From: a virus
Strand: one strand, 5' to 3'
IMG/VR virus record: IMGVR_UViG_3300025086_000015
Coordinates: 1-64,000 of that record
Length of the DNA stretch: 64,000 bases
Made by a program: the position numbers and the translations under genes. Position 1 is the stretch's first letter. Every line of letters begins with the position of its first letter. A model generated the notes under the pieces. It searched no databases, was not told the origin of the DNA, and saw only the letters and a list, made by a program, of their open reading frames with translations. This document shows positions 46,919 to 58,200 of the stretch, piece by piece.

Positions 46919-48085
46919 ATGATTACAATTAATGTCATTGATGACAAAATCTGTGGTTCATACGGAGATACTCCGTTCACAGTTGAGTATAGTAAAGAGC
47001 TATACGATAGAATGCAACAACTTAGCCATAAGGCTCAAGGTGTTAGTACAGTAGAAGAATACAACGAAGTAATGGAAGAGTTTGCTCCTTTATGTGTTGT
47101 AGACTATACTAAAACCATTGAAACACAATGTGAATACATTCATGTTAACAAGGCTACAGGAGAATTCTTTCTTAAGCATAATGGAGTGGTATCGACGATA
47201 CCTATGCCACAAGCGTTAGTAGATAGAATATTTGATTCCTTAGATAAAGATCTAGACTTTATGCCTTTAGTTAAGATGTGGACTAGATGGTTGCGTAACC
47301 CAATCTTGTGGAGAAAGATGAGACAAGGTCATGGGAACGATTTCTGTGAGAGATTCTTTAACTTTGTAAACTTGCAATATGAGCATCCAAAGTTTAAAGA
47401 AGAACTTATAGAACAAGGTCTTACTGATGAAGCAGCTTCTAAAAGAGCAATGATGTACCAAATGAAAATCACCCATGAGGGATTACTAAATGGTTACAAG
47501 GTCTCTAGAGAAGTGCTTCATAAGTTTGACAAAGAAACCGGTGAGCAAATTGATAGATACAAACGTACTTTCAATCCTGACACTGGTGAGATAGAAGGTA
47601 ACGGATTACCAGAACATGTAGAAGACAGATTATTTGAACCAGCCGTTATGGGTAATGGTGGAGATGCTTTCTTCTGTGAAGGAGCTAATGGCTTTTCTGG
47701 TCCAGGACATTTTATCAAAGTTGGATGTACTCATAGATTACCTGAGTGGACTCAAATTAACGTTAATGATACTGTATCATGTGTTAAGGGTCTTCATATT
47801 GGTGGCCTTAAGTACATTGCTTATTATAGTGGTGAAATTCACAATATATTTGTTGACCCTATGCATATAGGTGCAGTACCTTGTGATGAAGATGGTGCTA
47901 TTAGATGTAAGCAGTATTTTGTTCATTCTTCCTTAGTAGGTGTGAATGGATCAATATACCACAGCTCTAGCTACGCAGCTATGACTGATGCAGAATGGGA
48001 TCAGATAAGAGAAGAAGCAGTTCAGTTCAAATCTGATGTCAAAGTTCAGTGCGACAAGGAAGTTGCAGAGATTAATGCTCTGTAG
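46919..48085 (+). CDS. rIIB: rIIB-like protein
   Basis: ITHEGLLNGYK, CVKGLHIG, VDPMHIGAVP..IRC motifs. Confidence 0.8.
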   Translation: MITINVIDDKICGSYGDTPFTVEYSKELYDRMQQLSHKAQGVSTVEEYNEVMEEFAPLCVVDYTKTIETQCEYIHVNKATGEFFLKHNGVVSTIPMPQALVDRIFDSLDKDLDFMPLVKMWTRWLRNPILWRKMRQGHGNDFCERFFNFVNLQYEHPKFKEELIEQGLTDEAASKRAMMYQMKITHEGLLNGYKVSREVLHKFDKETGEQIDRYKRTFNPDTGEIEGNGLPEHVEDRLFEPAVMGNGGDAFFCEGANGFSGPGHFIKVGCTHRLPEWTQINVNDTVSCVKGLHIGGLKYIAYYSGEIHNIFVDPMHIGAVPCDEDGAIRCKQYFVHSSLVGVNGSIYHSSSYAAMTDAEWDQIREEAVQFKSDVKVQCDKEVAEINAL

Positions 48086-48101
48086 CTAGTGTTTAATTGG
48101 T

Positions 48102-48129
48102 GATATAGGGGGTTAACGCCCCCTTTATC
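48102..48129 (+). terminator. Terminator-like hairpin
   Basis: GGGGG/CCCCC stem followed by TTT. Confidence 0.6.
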
Positions 48130-48150
48130 TACTTTAATAAAAATTATAAT

Positions 48151-48876
48151 ATGAAAACTTTATTAATAGATGGGGATAGTCTTATTTACTTTGAAATGGG
48201 TAAAGAGACTTTAGAAGAAGCTTTAACTAGCTTAGATGGTCGTATACTAGAAATGTTGAATCAAAGTGAAGCTGACAAATATGCTGGATTTATGACAATA
48301 GGTAAATGTTTTAGATATAAAGAAGCTAAAACTAGAAAGTATAAAGGAAATAGAAAACATGGCGACAAGCCTATTATTTTCTATGCTTTAAAACAATATT
48401 TATTGCAACATTGGAAATTTGAGTACGTTTCAGAGTTAGAAGCTGATGATTTAGTAGCAGTATATGGTGAAGGATTAGATGGTAATACAGTTATATGCAG
48501 TCCTGATAAAGATGTTTTATATCAAGTTGAGGGCAAGCATTATAATTATAGAACTGCTGAATTTATACACACTACACCAACTGAAGCTGAGTTATTTCTT
48601 TGGAAGCAAATGCTTATGGGGGACTCAACAGATGGTATTCCTGGAATACCTAAAGTAGGTGAAAAAACTGCAGCCGCATGGTTAAATGACGTACAATTAC
48701 AGGAAATGCCTGCTTTTGTTTTAAATAAATACATAGAAAAATTTGGTAACTTGGAAGGAATTAGTAGATTTGCAGAGACATTCAAACTTGTATATATCTT
48801 AAAATCCAAAGAAGACGTTCTGAGGATGACTGGCATCGAACTACCTGAATTAGTTACTAATGTCGTAAATATTTAA
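48151..48876 (+). CDS. 5'-3' exonuclease (T7 gp6/FEN-like)
   Basis: LIDGD, YKGNR, EADD, DKD, GDSTDGIPGIPKVGEKTA. Confidence 0.9.
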   Translation: MKTLLIDGDSLIYFEMGKETLEEALTSLDGRILEMLNQSEADKYAGFMTIGKCFRYKEAKTRKYKGNRKHGDKPIIFYALKQYLLQHWKFEYVSELEADDLVAVYGEGLDGNTVICSPDKDVLYQVEGKHYNYRTAEFIHTTPTEAELFLWKQMLMGDSTDGIPGIPKVGEKTAAAWLNDVQLQEMPAFVLNKYIEKFGNLEGISRFAETFKLVYILKSKEDVLRMTGIELPELVTNVVNI

Positions 48877-48877
48877 T

Positions 48878-49654
48878 ATGTCAATAAAATGCAAAGAAGT
48901 AATTCTAACACCAACTGGTCCTCTAGGATTTAAAATTCACGGAGGAACTTCAGCTATTGTACCACAACTTCAGGAAGATAAAATAGTATCGCTAGCAATG
49001 CCTGGTGACTATTTTATTGCAATAGGTGATTCTATTAAAATTAAGAAAAAGCCATACAAAGTCAATATAATTGAAAAATCACTAAAACATGGTACTCTTA
49101 GTTTTAATTTAAAAATCGCAGAACGAACAAAAAGCTCTCTATTTCTAATGCCTATGCTTGGCGGAAATAGACATTTATTTATGTATAACAACCAGCTGTT
49201 AAATTGTTTTGTAGGCTGGGAGGAATATACTGATAAAATTGTTTTACTTTACAGATGGTCTAGCGACCCTTTGTTTGCAAAGTTTGAGCAAGCTTTAAAA
49301 CAATTTGAAGCATTTGAACATTCGTTTGATCCTGACCCATATCATGTAGTGTTTATTTTTAATATACCAAAAGTACACACTAGAAATTTTTACAATTTTA
49401 AAGAAAGTAAATATTCTAAGTTAGATGATGTTTATAAACTTAGGATATTAGATTTCCATGAAATGGATATAGATCAAGCTTTAGGTCAAATATTATTTAG
49501 ATCAGAAGAAAGACGATTAAATTTAGAAGAAAAATTAGACGCAGAGATAGATAAAAATTCAGAGTTACTCAGTGCATTAGACATGCAAAAAGAAATGTTA
49601 AACTTAAAATATTATTTAAATGAAAAAAAAGAAATGCCAGGACTCGAATACTAA
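48878..49654 (+). CDS. Hypothetical protein
   Basis: 258 aa ORF in operon. Confidence 0.7.
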   Translation: MSIKCKEVILTPTGPLGFKIHGGTSAIVPQLQEDKIVSLAMPGDYFIAIGDSIKIKKKPYKVNIIEKSLKHGTLSFNLKIAERTKSSLFLMPMLGGNRHLFMYNNQLLNCFVGWEEYTDKIVLLYRWSSDPLFAKFEQALKQFEAFEHSFDPDPYHVVFIFNIPKVHTRNFYNFKESKYSKLDDVYKLRILDFHEMDIDQALGQILFRSEERRLNLEEKLDAEIDKNSELLSALDMQKEMLNLKYYLNEKKEMPGLEY

Positions 49655-50024
49655 TGTAACAATGTCTGTTCCAGAAGGACTAGAGTTCGATACTCCATAT
49701 AGTATGCATAATAAACATTATTGGGACACAGAAAGAAATAAACCTTGGAAAGTTCCTGAAAAAGCGGATTTTGCTTGGCATCTAGATAAGGTTACAGAGC
49801 AAATTACTTCTTTATTAAAAGAAAAGAATGCTGCTTACGGAGACAGTGCCTTGAAGCCTTTAAATATTTTTAGTAAATTAGATGCGGTAGAATCTTTATG
49901 TTGTAGATTAGATGATAAGATTGCTAGAATAAGTAATAAAGGTATTAATGATCAAACAGAAGATACAGTTGATGATTTGATTGGATATTTATTGCTACTG
50001 AAAATGGCTATGGAAAGAAAATGA
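49620..50024 (+). CDS. Nucleotide-modification-associated domain 1 (DUF1599-like) protein
   Basis: KNAAYGDS, RLDDKIARI, DTVDDLIGY. Confidence 0.75.
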   Translation: MKKKKCQDSNTNVTMSVPEGLEFDTPYSMHNKHYWDTERNKPWKVPEKADFAWHLDKVTEQITSLLKEKNAAYGDSALKPLNIFSKLDAVESLCCRLDDKIARISNKGINDQTEDTVDDLIGYLLLLKMAMERK

Positions 50025-50049
50025 TGGTAGTTATTTGGCCATCATAGAG

Positions 50050-50080
50050 ATAAGGGGGTTATATACCCCCTTATTTTTTT
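50050..50080. terminator. Hairpin terminator between convergent gene blocks
   Basis: ATAAGGGGGT/ACCCCCTTAT with U tract on the plus strand. Confidence 0.8.
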
Positions 50081-50116
50081 CTAACAACACAACGCATATT
50101 TTTTTTCTAACGCCTC

Positions 50117-53100
50117 TTAATACCTGTCGTATTTGTATTGATCACTAGTTTCAAAAGTTTTAGCAAATGCATTTAAACCAGGTATCATTTTAAAAGTATA
50201 GTGGAATCTATTATTTCTATCTCTATTACTATCTTCTCCTAATAGATCATCTCTCATCTCGTCTACAGTATTACTACTAAGTTTCATAACTTCTCTACCT
50301 AAAGATAGTAATGGTATACCTGTAGCCCTTCCTGATTCTAAGAATTCTTGTGGTTGTGTAAATACTGCAACTTCACGATAAGTTCTATTTACTACTGCGT
50401 ATAGTTTTCTACCCGCATAACTTTGTCTTATATCAATTTTACCATCATCATCATAATCTCCACCCATTAACATTAGTAATGACATAAATAATAATGTTAA
50501 TCTCATTTCCATTAAATGTGCTCTAATATTTGCTCTTTTCATTTCAAGGTAATCTTGAAACATCGCCTCTCTTTGAGAAAGATCTTTAAGTCTATCGCTG
50601 AATTCTGGATTGTCTGCATTATTAGCGGCCCATTGATCAAACTTAGCACGAGCTAAATCTTCTTTTATTTTAAATTGATTAGTAAGTCCAAATGTAATAA
50701 CATCTGTTCCAATATTTACTAGATCTTTTCCTAATACTCCTACATAATCTAGTAAAGCAACTTCCTTATCTAGTGCCTCTGCAGGTCCCATAACTTCGCT
50801 AAGCCCTAAGTTACCCCAAGTGCTCATCCATGTACCCTCATCAAATGTTTTTAGTATATTATCATATCTCTGTCTACCAAACCTTTCCATTGCTATACCT
50901 GGCAGCCAAGATTTATAGTGCATCATAAATCTCATTAATAGTGTATTGTTATACAATGCTATATCTTCATCAGTCATTGTACCTTTTACTTTATCACTTA
51001 TACGTCTAGTTACATTACGAAAATGTCTTTCTTGTTTTTCAGTCATCCCTGGTATAGTAACTATATACCTATCTACTGCTTTGTTAGATATATTAGTTGC
51101 TGTACCTTCCCAAGCAGGATTTTCTTTAATCTCCATTAACTCTAGAAGAGATTTTGTTCCTTCTGGTAATTTAGAGAGTACTTCTACTTCATTAGTTTCA
51201 GGATCTAACCCATAATTCTGTGCAAGACTATATATTACAGTAGCATCAATACCACGGTCAGCGGTAGATAAAAATGAGAACCATTTATCATTAGTCATAT
51301 GCCTTGTAACATAATTAGCTGATAAAGTATCTGCTCTATTTTGAGCATCATCTCTTTGATAAATCATAAAATGCTCTGCTAATGCTCTCATTTTAGGATC
51401 TGCCTTCATTAAAGCGCCTTGAGCTGTTTTTAAAGCTTTTTTAGTAATAAACCTACCTTTTGCTGCTTGTTGGTATAATCCAAATTGTCCTGCAAAAAAT
51501 GCACCTGCTGCTACTGGCATTTTTATACCAAGCGCCATCATCGAGTGATATTGTTTTAAAGCTAATACTGTTTTAAGTCCACTTAGTTTTCCTATTTTGA
51601 AATCCTTAGCATCTAAAGTATTTCCAAAAAAGTATTGATCAATATATCCTGTAAACACGTCTGCATTACTTCTAGTTTCAAATAACTTCCTAGTAGCTCC
51701 AGATAATGTAGGTATCACATTACCAAATGCATCTGTATCAATTTCTTTAGATACATTATCTTTTAAAAGTTGTTCCATTGCCATTACTTCGGGGAGAACT
51801 TCCATTTTCATTTTATAGTCTGTTGCTGCATTTAAAAGTAATAATAAACCTTTACCTAAATCTCTACTTTTTAAAGAAGGGTCTACGTTACCATTTGCAT
51901 CTACAATAGGCCTAATAAATAATTTAGGTATTTTTCTAATAAGTTTACCAGTATTTTCATCTCTTAAACCTAGAGATAAGTCATGTTCTCTTACTTGTAA
52001 ATTCTCAAGTATTGCATCCATACCCAATTTGTGAGTCCCATTTTGTTGGTGCTCTAGCATATCTTTACTAATATTAGCTATAAAGTTTGGTCCTAATGTT
52101 TGGCCAAACATTTCTTCTATTAATCTAATTTTATCTTGGTAGTATTCATAGAATTCTCTTAAAGCTGGATTAGCTTGTATTCTACCATATTCTTCAGTTA
52201 ACCATTTTTCATTTGGCTTTAAAAAATATTTACCCCCTAAAGATACAGAAGCTGTATTATAGAATTTTACAATATCATGCTGTTTATCCCAAGCAAGTAA
52301 TTCTCTTGTTATAGCTTTATCATTTTTACCGTATTTTCTTTTTAGAAATTTTTCTTTATTTTTTCTATAAGTTTTAAAATTCTTATCATAAGCTTCTTGA
52401 TTTATAACAGTATTTTCTTTCATCCACTTATACTCTCCTTTTTGTATAGCTCTATCTTTACCTTCGTAATATTCTGTTTGATATTTAGCAACAAAGTTTC
52501 CAGTTTTATTATTAATTAAAGGAGCGAAAGCTTCGATTGGATTAGATCCTGTATATTGAGAAAGAATAGCATCTTGTAACGCTTGTATTTCTCCTGCAGC
52601 TTGCTTTATAGATTTTCTTCTACCATAGTTTAGTTCATCTACAATTTCCCACAAGTTTCTTAAGTACGGATTATTTTGCTTTGATAGAGTTACAAAAGAT
52701 CCCGTCATATAGTCAATACCTGGGTTGTAATTTTTAATACCTTTAACTCCTCTTTCATTAGCTTTCTCTGCAACACGGTCCCTAATCTTTGATTCTATCA
52801 TAGACTGTGCATTTGTAACTGTTCTCCCTACTTCTTCTTGTAATTTAACTGTTTTAGCATATTCTGTAGGGTTGTTTTTTTGAAGATCTGCCATGTAATC
52901 ATCTAACCTGAATAGATTCTTATAGAATATTAAATCATTATTTAAATCAACTAATTCTTCCATTGTTAAATACATTGGATTAGCATCCCCTAATTTAGTA
53001 GTAGGATCATTTTCTTGAATCTTCTTTTCTATATCTTTTAGATCTCTTTTAAGATTATTTAATACATATGCTACATCTTGGTTTAACTGTAGCTTACGCA

Positions 53101-55288
53101 ATTGTTTCTCCATTCTCTCTTTAGCAGCTTTAGCTTTTTCAAAAGTTTCACCAACTTGAAAGTTTTTGTTTCGTAATCTCTCTTCTACTTGTTTTTTACG
53201 GCTTATAAGTTTTACTATTGTATCATTAACTTTATCGAAATCTGTCATTTCTTCAGCTACAGGTATTTGCTCTAAGAACTCACTAAATTTAGCGCCCATT
53301 TGAACAGTAGTAATGTTGCTAGTCATACCTCCTTGGGTATTATACTTATATCTAACATGTATAGGCACAATTCTAGATTGTCTTACTTTAGATATACCGT
53401 ATTCATTTAAAAGTGTTTGTTTATAGGCCCCCATTTGTATGTTATAGGTATCCATTTTTACAGCAAATGGGTCATTAACTATTTTATATTGACCTCCCAT
53501 ATATTTAACGTATCCAGCTTCTATTGATGGAGATACAAATTTATAATCATAAATACCTGCAGTTCCATCACTATACAATACTAATAAATCTATAGTACCT
53601 CCAGTTTCAGCTCCTGAATCAATTATTAATTGCTCTGTTTTAAATACTGCCTTACCGTTTGTATTGTTTTCTTCGTTTATTCTTTTTTGCTGTGCTTTAC
53701 TTTGTGCAATAATATCTTTAATTCCATTTTCAATTCTTTTAAATTGAAATTCATTAAATGGAGAGTTGGCTAGAATTTGTGATCTAGACCCTTTACCATT
53801 TGCATATAATTCTACTAAGTCTTGCATAGTAGCATGTCCAGCGGTACCTGTTTCTTTTCTTATGTTCTCTGTAGAGATTCTTCTTTTTCGTTGCTCATCC
53901 GTTTCAGGTCTTTTAGCAATTTTCATTGAGTAAAAATATTTCTTTACTTCATCAGAAACCCTACCTTTAATTACTACTCCTTCATACGGTGTTCCCGGTT
54001 TACCTACATATCTTTCTAGCTTATCACTTCCTGGTTCTACGATCCATTTTTCTTTTATACCTTGCTCTTCAGCACTAACTTGATCTAAGATATAAGATTG
54101 TGTAGTTTTATCTAATTTTTCTAGAATAGTTTCTCTAGGGTCATCTACAGTTCTAGTATCCATTTCGTAATATTCCCCAGCTTCTAATCCGCCCATTTGC
54201 TTTTCAGCGTTTAAATAGGTGCTAGCACTTTCACTTAGCATAATATATGCTGCTCTAGAGTATGGATCTCTAGTTACTTTTGCAAAAAAGTTTCTAACTG
54301 CTTGCAGCACTCTTTCAAACCACGTTTTAGCCCTATCCATCTGTGCTGGAGAGTCATTTCCTTGTATGTTCTTTACTAGTTGCTGTGCAATAAGTTTTCC
54401 CACAGCTTCTTTTTTCAATTTATTTACATCTCCTTGATATGCTTCTTGGTATCTTGGATCATTTACCACATCATCGTATACACTGTACCTTTCTATGTTA
54501 TTCATCATAGAGGTAAATAATGGGTTACCGCTAGAACTTAAAAGTTCTACAAAAAAGTGAGCTGCTTCTTCTGGTAATGTATCTATTCCTGCTTTATTAT
54601 TTATTACTTGAACTACTTTTCTGAGCATGTCTGCTTTTGCAACAGCATTTATTAATTTACCTTCTTTGTTTCTTATTTCACTTACAGATTCTACTTTAAC
54701 CCCAATACTATCTAGAAAATTACGTATAGATTGATCTATTTGTTTGTCGGCTTTTTGCAGTACTTCATTTTCCATTTGATGGTAAATACTATCTGGATTT
54801 AAATTAGTACTTACACTTAAATGTATAATATCTCCTTTAAAATCTTTACCTACTGTAGCGTATATACCAGGGTATTCTTTTTCAATTCTTTCAGCAAGTT
54901 GGTAAGCCCCATAAGGAATATTAATCGCTGCTCCACTAGGAGTTCTTAATTTAAATCTTTCATTAATTCTATCTATCAACTCAGATGACCTAGGATTGTT
55001 AAAACTTCCTAAGTTTTCTGTAGCATGCTTTATTGTTTTATCTTCAGCTATAAATACTGGATCACCATTTACATTAACAATTCTAGGCTCTCCATTAGAG
55101 TCTACATCACCTGCTTGAAACCAATTTTTAAATGTAGGTGTATAAGTTACAGCCCATTTTTTTAAAGCAGCTTCTTTATCTAGACCTAACTCAACTATAC
55201 TATTAAAAAGTTTAGATGTTTTACCATTCTCTGCAACTACTTTATCAATTTCCTGATTAACAGGGTTTCTATATACTGTACATGCCAT
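50117..55288 (-). CDS. Giant polyvalent virion (ejection) protein
   Basis: 1723 aa; TFKNWF..DSNGEP motif, degenerate zincin PEEAAH, PD-(D/E)XK GTIDLL..IYDYK; adjacent to the vRNAP gene. Confidence 0.8.
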   Translation of the reverse strand: MACTVYRNPVNQEIDKVVAENGKTSKLFNSIVELGLDKEAALKKWAVTYTPTFKNWFQAGDVDSNGEPRIVNVNGDPVFIAEDKTIKHATENLGSFNNPRSSELIDRINERFKLRTPSGAAINIPYGAYQLAERIEKEYPGIYATVGKDFKGDIIHLSVSTNLNPDSIYHQMENEVLQKADKQIDQSIRNFLDSIGVKVESVSEIRNKEGKLINAVAKADMLRKVVQVINNKAGIDTLPEEAAHFFVELLSSSGNPLFTSMMNNIERYSVYDDVVNDPRYQEAYQGDVNKLKKEAVGKLIAQQLVKNIQGNDSPAQMDRAKTWFERVLQAVRNFFAKVTRDPYSRAAYIMLSESASTYLNAEKQMGGLEAGEYYEMDTRTVDDPRETILEKLDKTTQSYILDQVSAEEQGIKEKWIVEPGSDKLERYVGKPGTPYEGVVIKGRVSDEVKKYFYSMKIAKRPETDEQRKRRISTENIRKETGTAGHATMQDLVELYANGKGSRSQILANSPFNEFQFKRIENGIKDIIAQSKAQQKRINEENNTNGKAVFKTEQLIIDSGAETGGTIDLLVLYSDGTAGIYDYKFVSPSIEAGYVKYMGGQYKIVNDPFAVKMDTYNIQMGAYKQTLLNEYGISKVRQSRIVPIHVRYKYNTQGGMTSNITTVQMGAKFSEFLEQIPVAEEMTDFDKVNDTIVKLISRKKQVEERLRNKNFQVGETFEKAKAAKERMEKQLRKLQLNQDVAYVLNNLKRDLKDIEKKIQENDPTTKLGDANPMYLTMEELVDLNNDLIFYKNLFRLDDYMADLQKNNPTEYAKTVKLQEEVGRTVTNAQSMIESKIRDRVAEKANERGVKGIKNYNPGIDYMTGSFVTLSKQNNPYLRNLWEIVDELNYGRRKSIKQAAGEIQALQDAILSQYTGSNPIEAFAPLINNKTGNFVAKYQTEYYEGKDRAIQKGEYKWMKENTVINQEAYDKNFKTYRKNKEKFLKRKYGKNDKAITRELLAWDKQHDIVKFYNTASVSLGGKYFLKPNEKWLTEEYGRIQANPALREFYEYYQDKIRLIEEMFGQTLGPNFIANISKDMLEHQQNGTHKLGMDAILENLQVREHDLSLGLRDENTGKLIRKIPKLFIRPIVDANGNVDPSLKSRDLGKGLLLLLNAATDYKMKMEVLPEVMAMEQLLKDNVSKEIDTDAFGNVIPTLSGATRKLFETRSNADVFTGYIDQYFFGNTLDAKDFKIGKLSGLKTVLALKQYHSMMALGIKMPVAAGAFFAGQFGLYQQAAKGRFITKKALKTAQGALMKADPKMRALAEHFMIYQRDDAQNRADTLSANYVTRHMTNDKWFSFLSTADRGIDATVIYSLAQNYGLDPETNEVEVLSKLPEGTKSLLELMEIKENPAWEGTATNISNKAVDRYIVTIPGMTEKQERHFRNVTRRISDKVKGTMTDEDIALYNNTLLMRFMMHYKSWLPGIAMERFGRQRYDNILKTFDEGTWMSTWGNLGLSEVMGPAEALDKEVALLDYVGVLGKDLVNIGTDVITFGLTNQFKIKEDLARAKFDQWAANNADNPEFSDRLKDLSQREAMFQDYLEMKRANIRAHLMEMRLTLLFMSLLMLMGGDYDDDGKIDIRQSYAGRKLYAVVNRTYREVAVFTQPQEFLESGRATGIPLLSLGREVMKLSSNTVDEMRDDLLGEDSNRDRNNRFHYTFKMIPGLNAFAKTFETSDQYKYDRY

Positions 55289-55293
55289 ATTTA

Positions 55294-58200
55294 TTATTTA
55301 CTTTTTTTACAATTATCTTTTTCCTTAAGAACTTGATTAACTTCGTTAGAAATTGCATCTTTACTTTTAAATAATTGCTCTGTTCCTTGTTGTCTTGTAG
55401 GATCGTAACCAAAGTCATCATAAGAATCTTTGGTAGTATAGTTGCTTGAATCTAAAGTTGTTGCTCTGTACAAAACTACACTTTTTCTGTCAACTAATTG
55501 TTTATTAGCTTTAGCTTTTTTAGCTGCTTCCCAATTTCTATACCCCATTGCTACTGCTAACTCTTCTAATCCTTCTCTGCCTTTAAGGGTAAGTCCAGCT
55601 GCTATAGCTTTTTTAGAGCCTTTATAAATATCATTAATACTTAATGTACCTATTATATCTAAGTGTACTCTCGCATCCCCATTAGTTAAATACATTCCGC
55701 TTGGCATAAGTGTTTTTGCTATAATTACAGCGCTTCCTACTTTATCTAAAACTTGTTCAGTGCCTTTAGATATGTCTAATGTATCAAGTCCAAATTTAGA
55801 TACATTTGATTTTAATAAAGAATCTGTATTAGATTCAATTAAATTCATACCCATACCTCTTTTAGGTATTGCAGTAAACACATTCATAGAAGGTGTTTTT
55901 TTAGATGGTCCTGTATTTATAAATAGTTTAGTTTCGTACACAGGCTTTGTTATACTACCAACTGTTTTAACTGCCCCAGTAGGTGCTGATATACTAACAT
56001 ATTCATGTTGTGAATTATGAATTATGGTACCATCTTTAAATGATTGTTTTCTTTTTTCATTTATTCTATAAGGTAACCTTGGAACTATCTTGCCGTCTGA
56101 TGAAGAATTTTGTATAAAATCTTCCCAAACATTATCTAAGTTTAAATTAAACTCTTCTGAATATCTATTAAAATATGGAGAGATTATATTTAATACTTCA
56201 GTACTTGGCAGCACTTGAAAAAATGCATTAGGACTAAAGTGGAATCCAGATTGTAACACACTAAATTCAACTAAGTCTTTAGCTAATTGAGGTGCAATCT
56301 CTTGTAATTCTAAATACGAGTCTGATAATAAATCAATATCAAATGTTTGTAATTTTTTACTAAACAGCTTCATATTATCTATGCTGTATTCAGGATGCTT
56401 TGGATCTTGGAACGTTTGAAGTAGAGGATATAACTCTTGTATTAATAGATTATCTTTCAATCTTGGAGAACCCTTAGCTGCTAAAATTCTTCTAGGTAAA
56501 CTATTGTCTCCTCTAAATAAACTACTTATTTTGTTTTTTAAGTACGATCTCTGTAAAGGTGTATTTTGTACTATATAAGAAGATAGATGAGAGTCAAATC
56601 TTTTCATTACATATCCTATTTCATCAGCGCTTCTTCTTAATGTTGGATTTGTTAACTCGTATATTTTATCATATGTCCATTTAGAAATATATGGGTGGTA
56701 TTCTTTCATATCTAATGAAGAGAACATTTTAGAACCTGCATCAAACCCTTCTCTAAAAGCAGACATAAGTGAGTATTTCCCATTTTGATTATAAATTAAA
56801 TTATCTACATTTACAAATGCTTGTGTGTCTTCTACTCTTGCTAGTGCTGCTTTCATGTATTTTATAGCTGTAGGGCCACTTAATTTACTAGTATCAAATT
56901 TAGTAGCTGTTGTTAGTAAGAATAAAAAATCTGCGTATTCTTGATACCTTATAAAATCATCTAAAATTTGACTTTGCATTTGTTTTTCAACACGGCTTAA
57001 CTCAGAAATATCTTTTCCAACCATATCTTTTAAAACATCAGCATTAAATTTAACAGGCTCTGATTCAGGCCTTGCTCCATATTTTGTTTTTAATGTAGAA
57101 TACATATCTTCTTTACCCATGTAAGATTTACCTCCACTATATTGAGCAGCTAAAGATCTTTGAGTTTCATTTAGATTTACATAGTCATCTATAATTGGCT
57201 GTGACATAAAGTATGCAACTTGGTCTAACGGAACTCCCGATCTAACTAACATCATATGTATTGGTGCATATTCTACACCAGCATTAATATCAAATACAAA
57301 ATCTTCTTTCGTTACATCAACATACCCGGTAACGTACTGAGCTAAAACAGAAGATATTTTCATTCCACCATTTACATCACTAACTCTAGATAAAGAGTAT
57401 CCTGTTCCTGCAAAGTTTAATTGTAGATCTATTTCAGGGCTCCAATCTAGCCCCGCTCTTTGTGCTTTAGCGTGTTGTGTTGCTGTTACAGCTACAATAC
57501 CTACACCCCCTAAACCAGACCACATACGGTAAGAAGTGTTAACTAAATTTCCAAAGCTTAATTTTTTATTAAACATGGTAGATTGGCCTTTACCTTTACC
57601 TCTCTTATCTCTAAGTGCAGCAATTTCTCTTGCTACATTCTTAACTTCAAATGCACCAACAGGCGTTATAAGCTGATCAAAACTTTGTGGATTTTCTAAA
57701 ACAGTTTTAATTATTTCTTGTACTCTATTTTGTAAAGCTACTTGTATATTTTGGTCAGATATTGGAAGCTTACTGAATTGACTTAAAGTCAAATCTCTAG
57801 GCTCTTCTTGCTTCATAACTTCATACCTTTCTTCAACTGTTGAATTTTCATCTGTTAAATAAGGTATTCTAGAAACAGTATTACTTTCTTCATTATATGT
57901 ATAGTTAGGGAAGTATAGAGTTAATTTATCAATATCATAATCCGATCCAGACTTTCCTACTATTTCAGAAGGTACTATAATTGTAGACCCCGCTGATGGT
58001 GGTAGGTATCCTACTACTTCTATAAAATCTATAGAATTTAATCCCTCTGTAGGAATACGGAATCCTATTAATTGCTTAAGTCCTTCATCAATATTATTGG
58101 CATCTATTAAGTTACCTAAACCTAACTCTTTAAATCTATGCGGAAGCATTACCTGCATAGCTAATGTTTTGTCTTTTCCAGGTCTGTAGAACTTTAAAGG

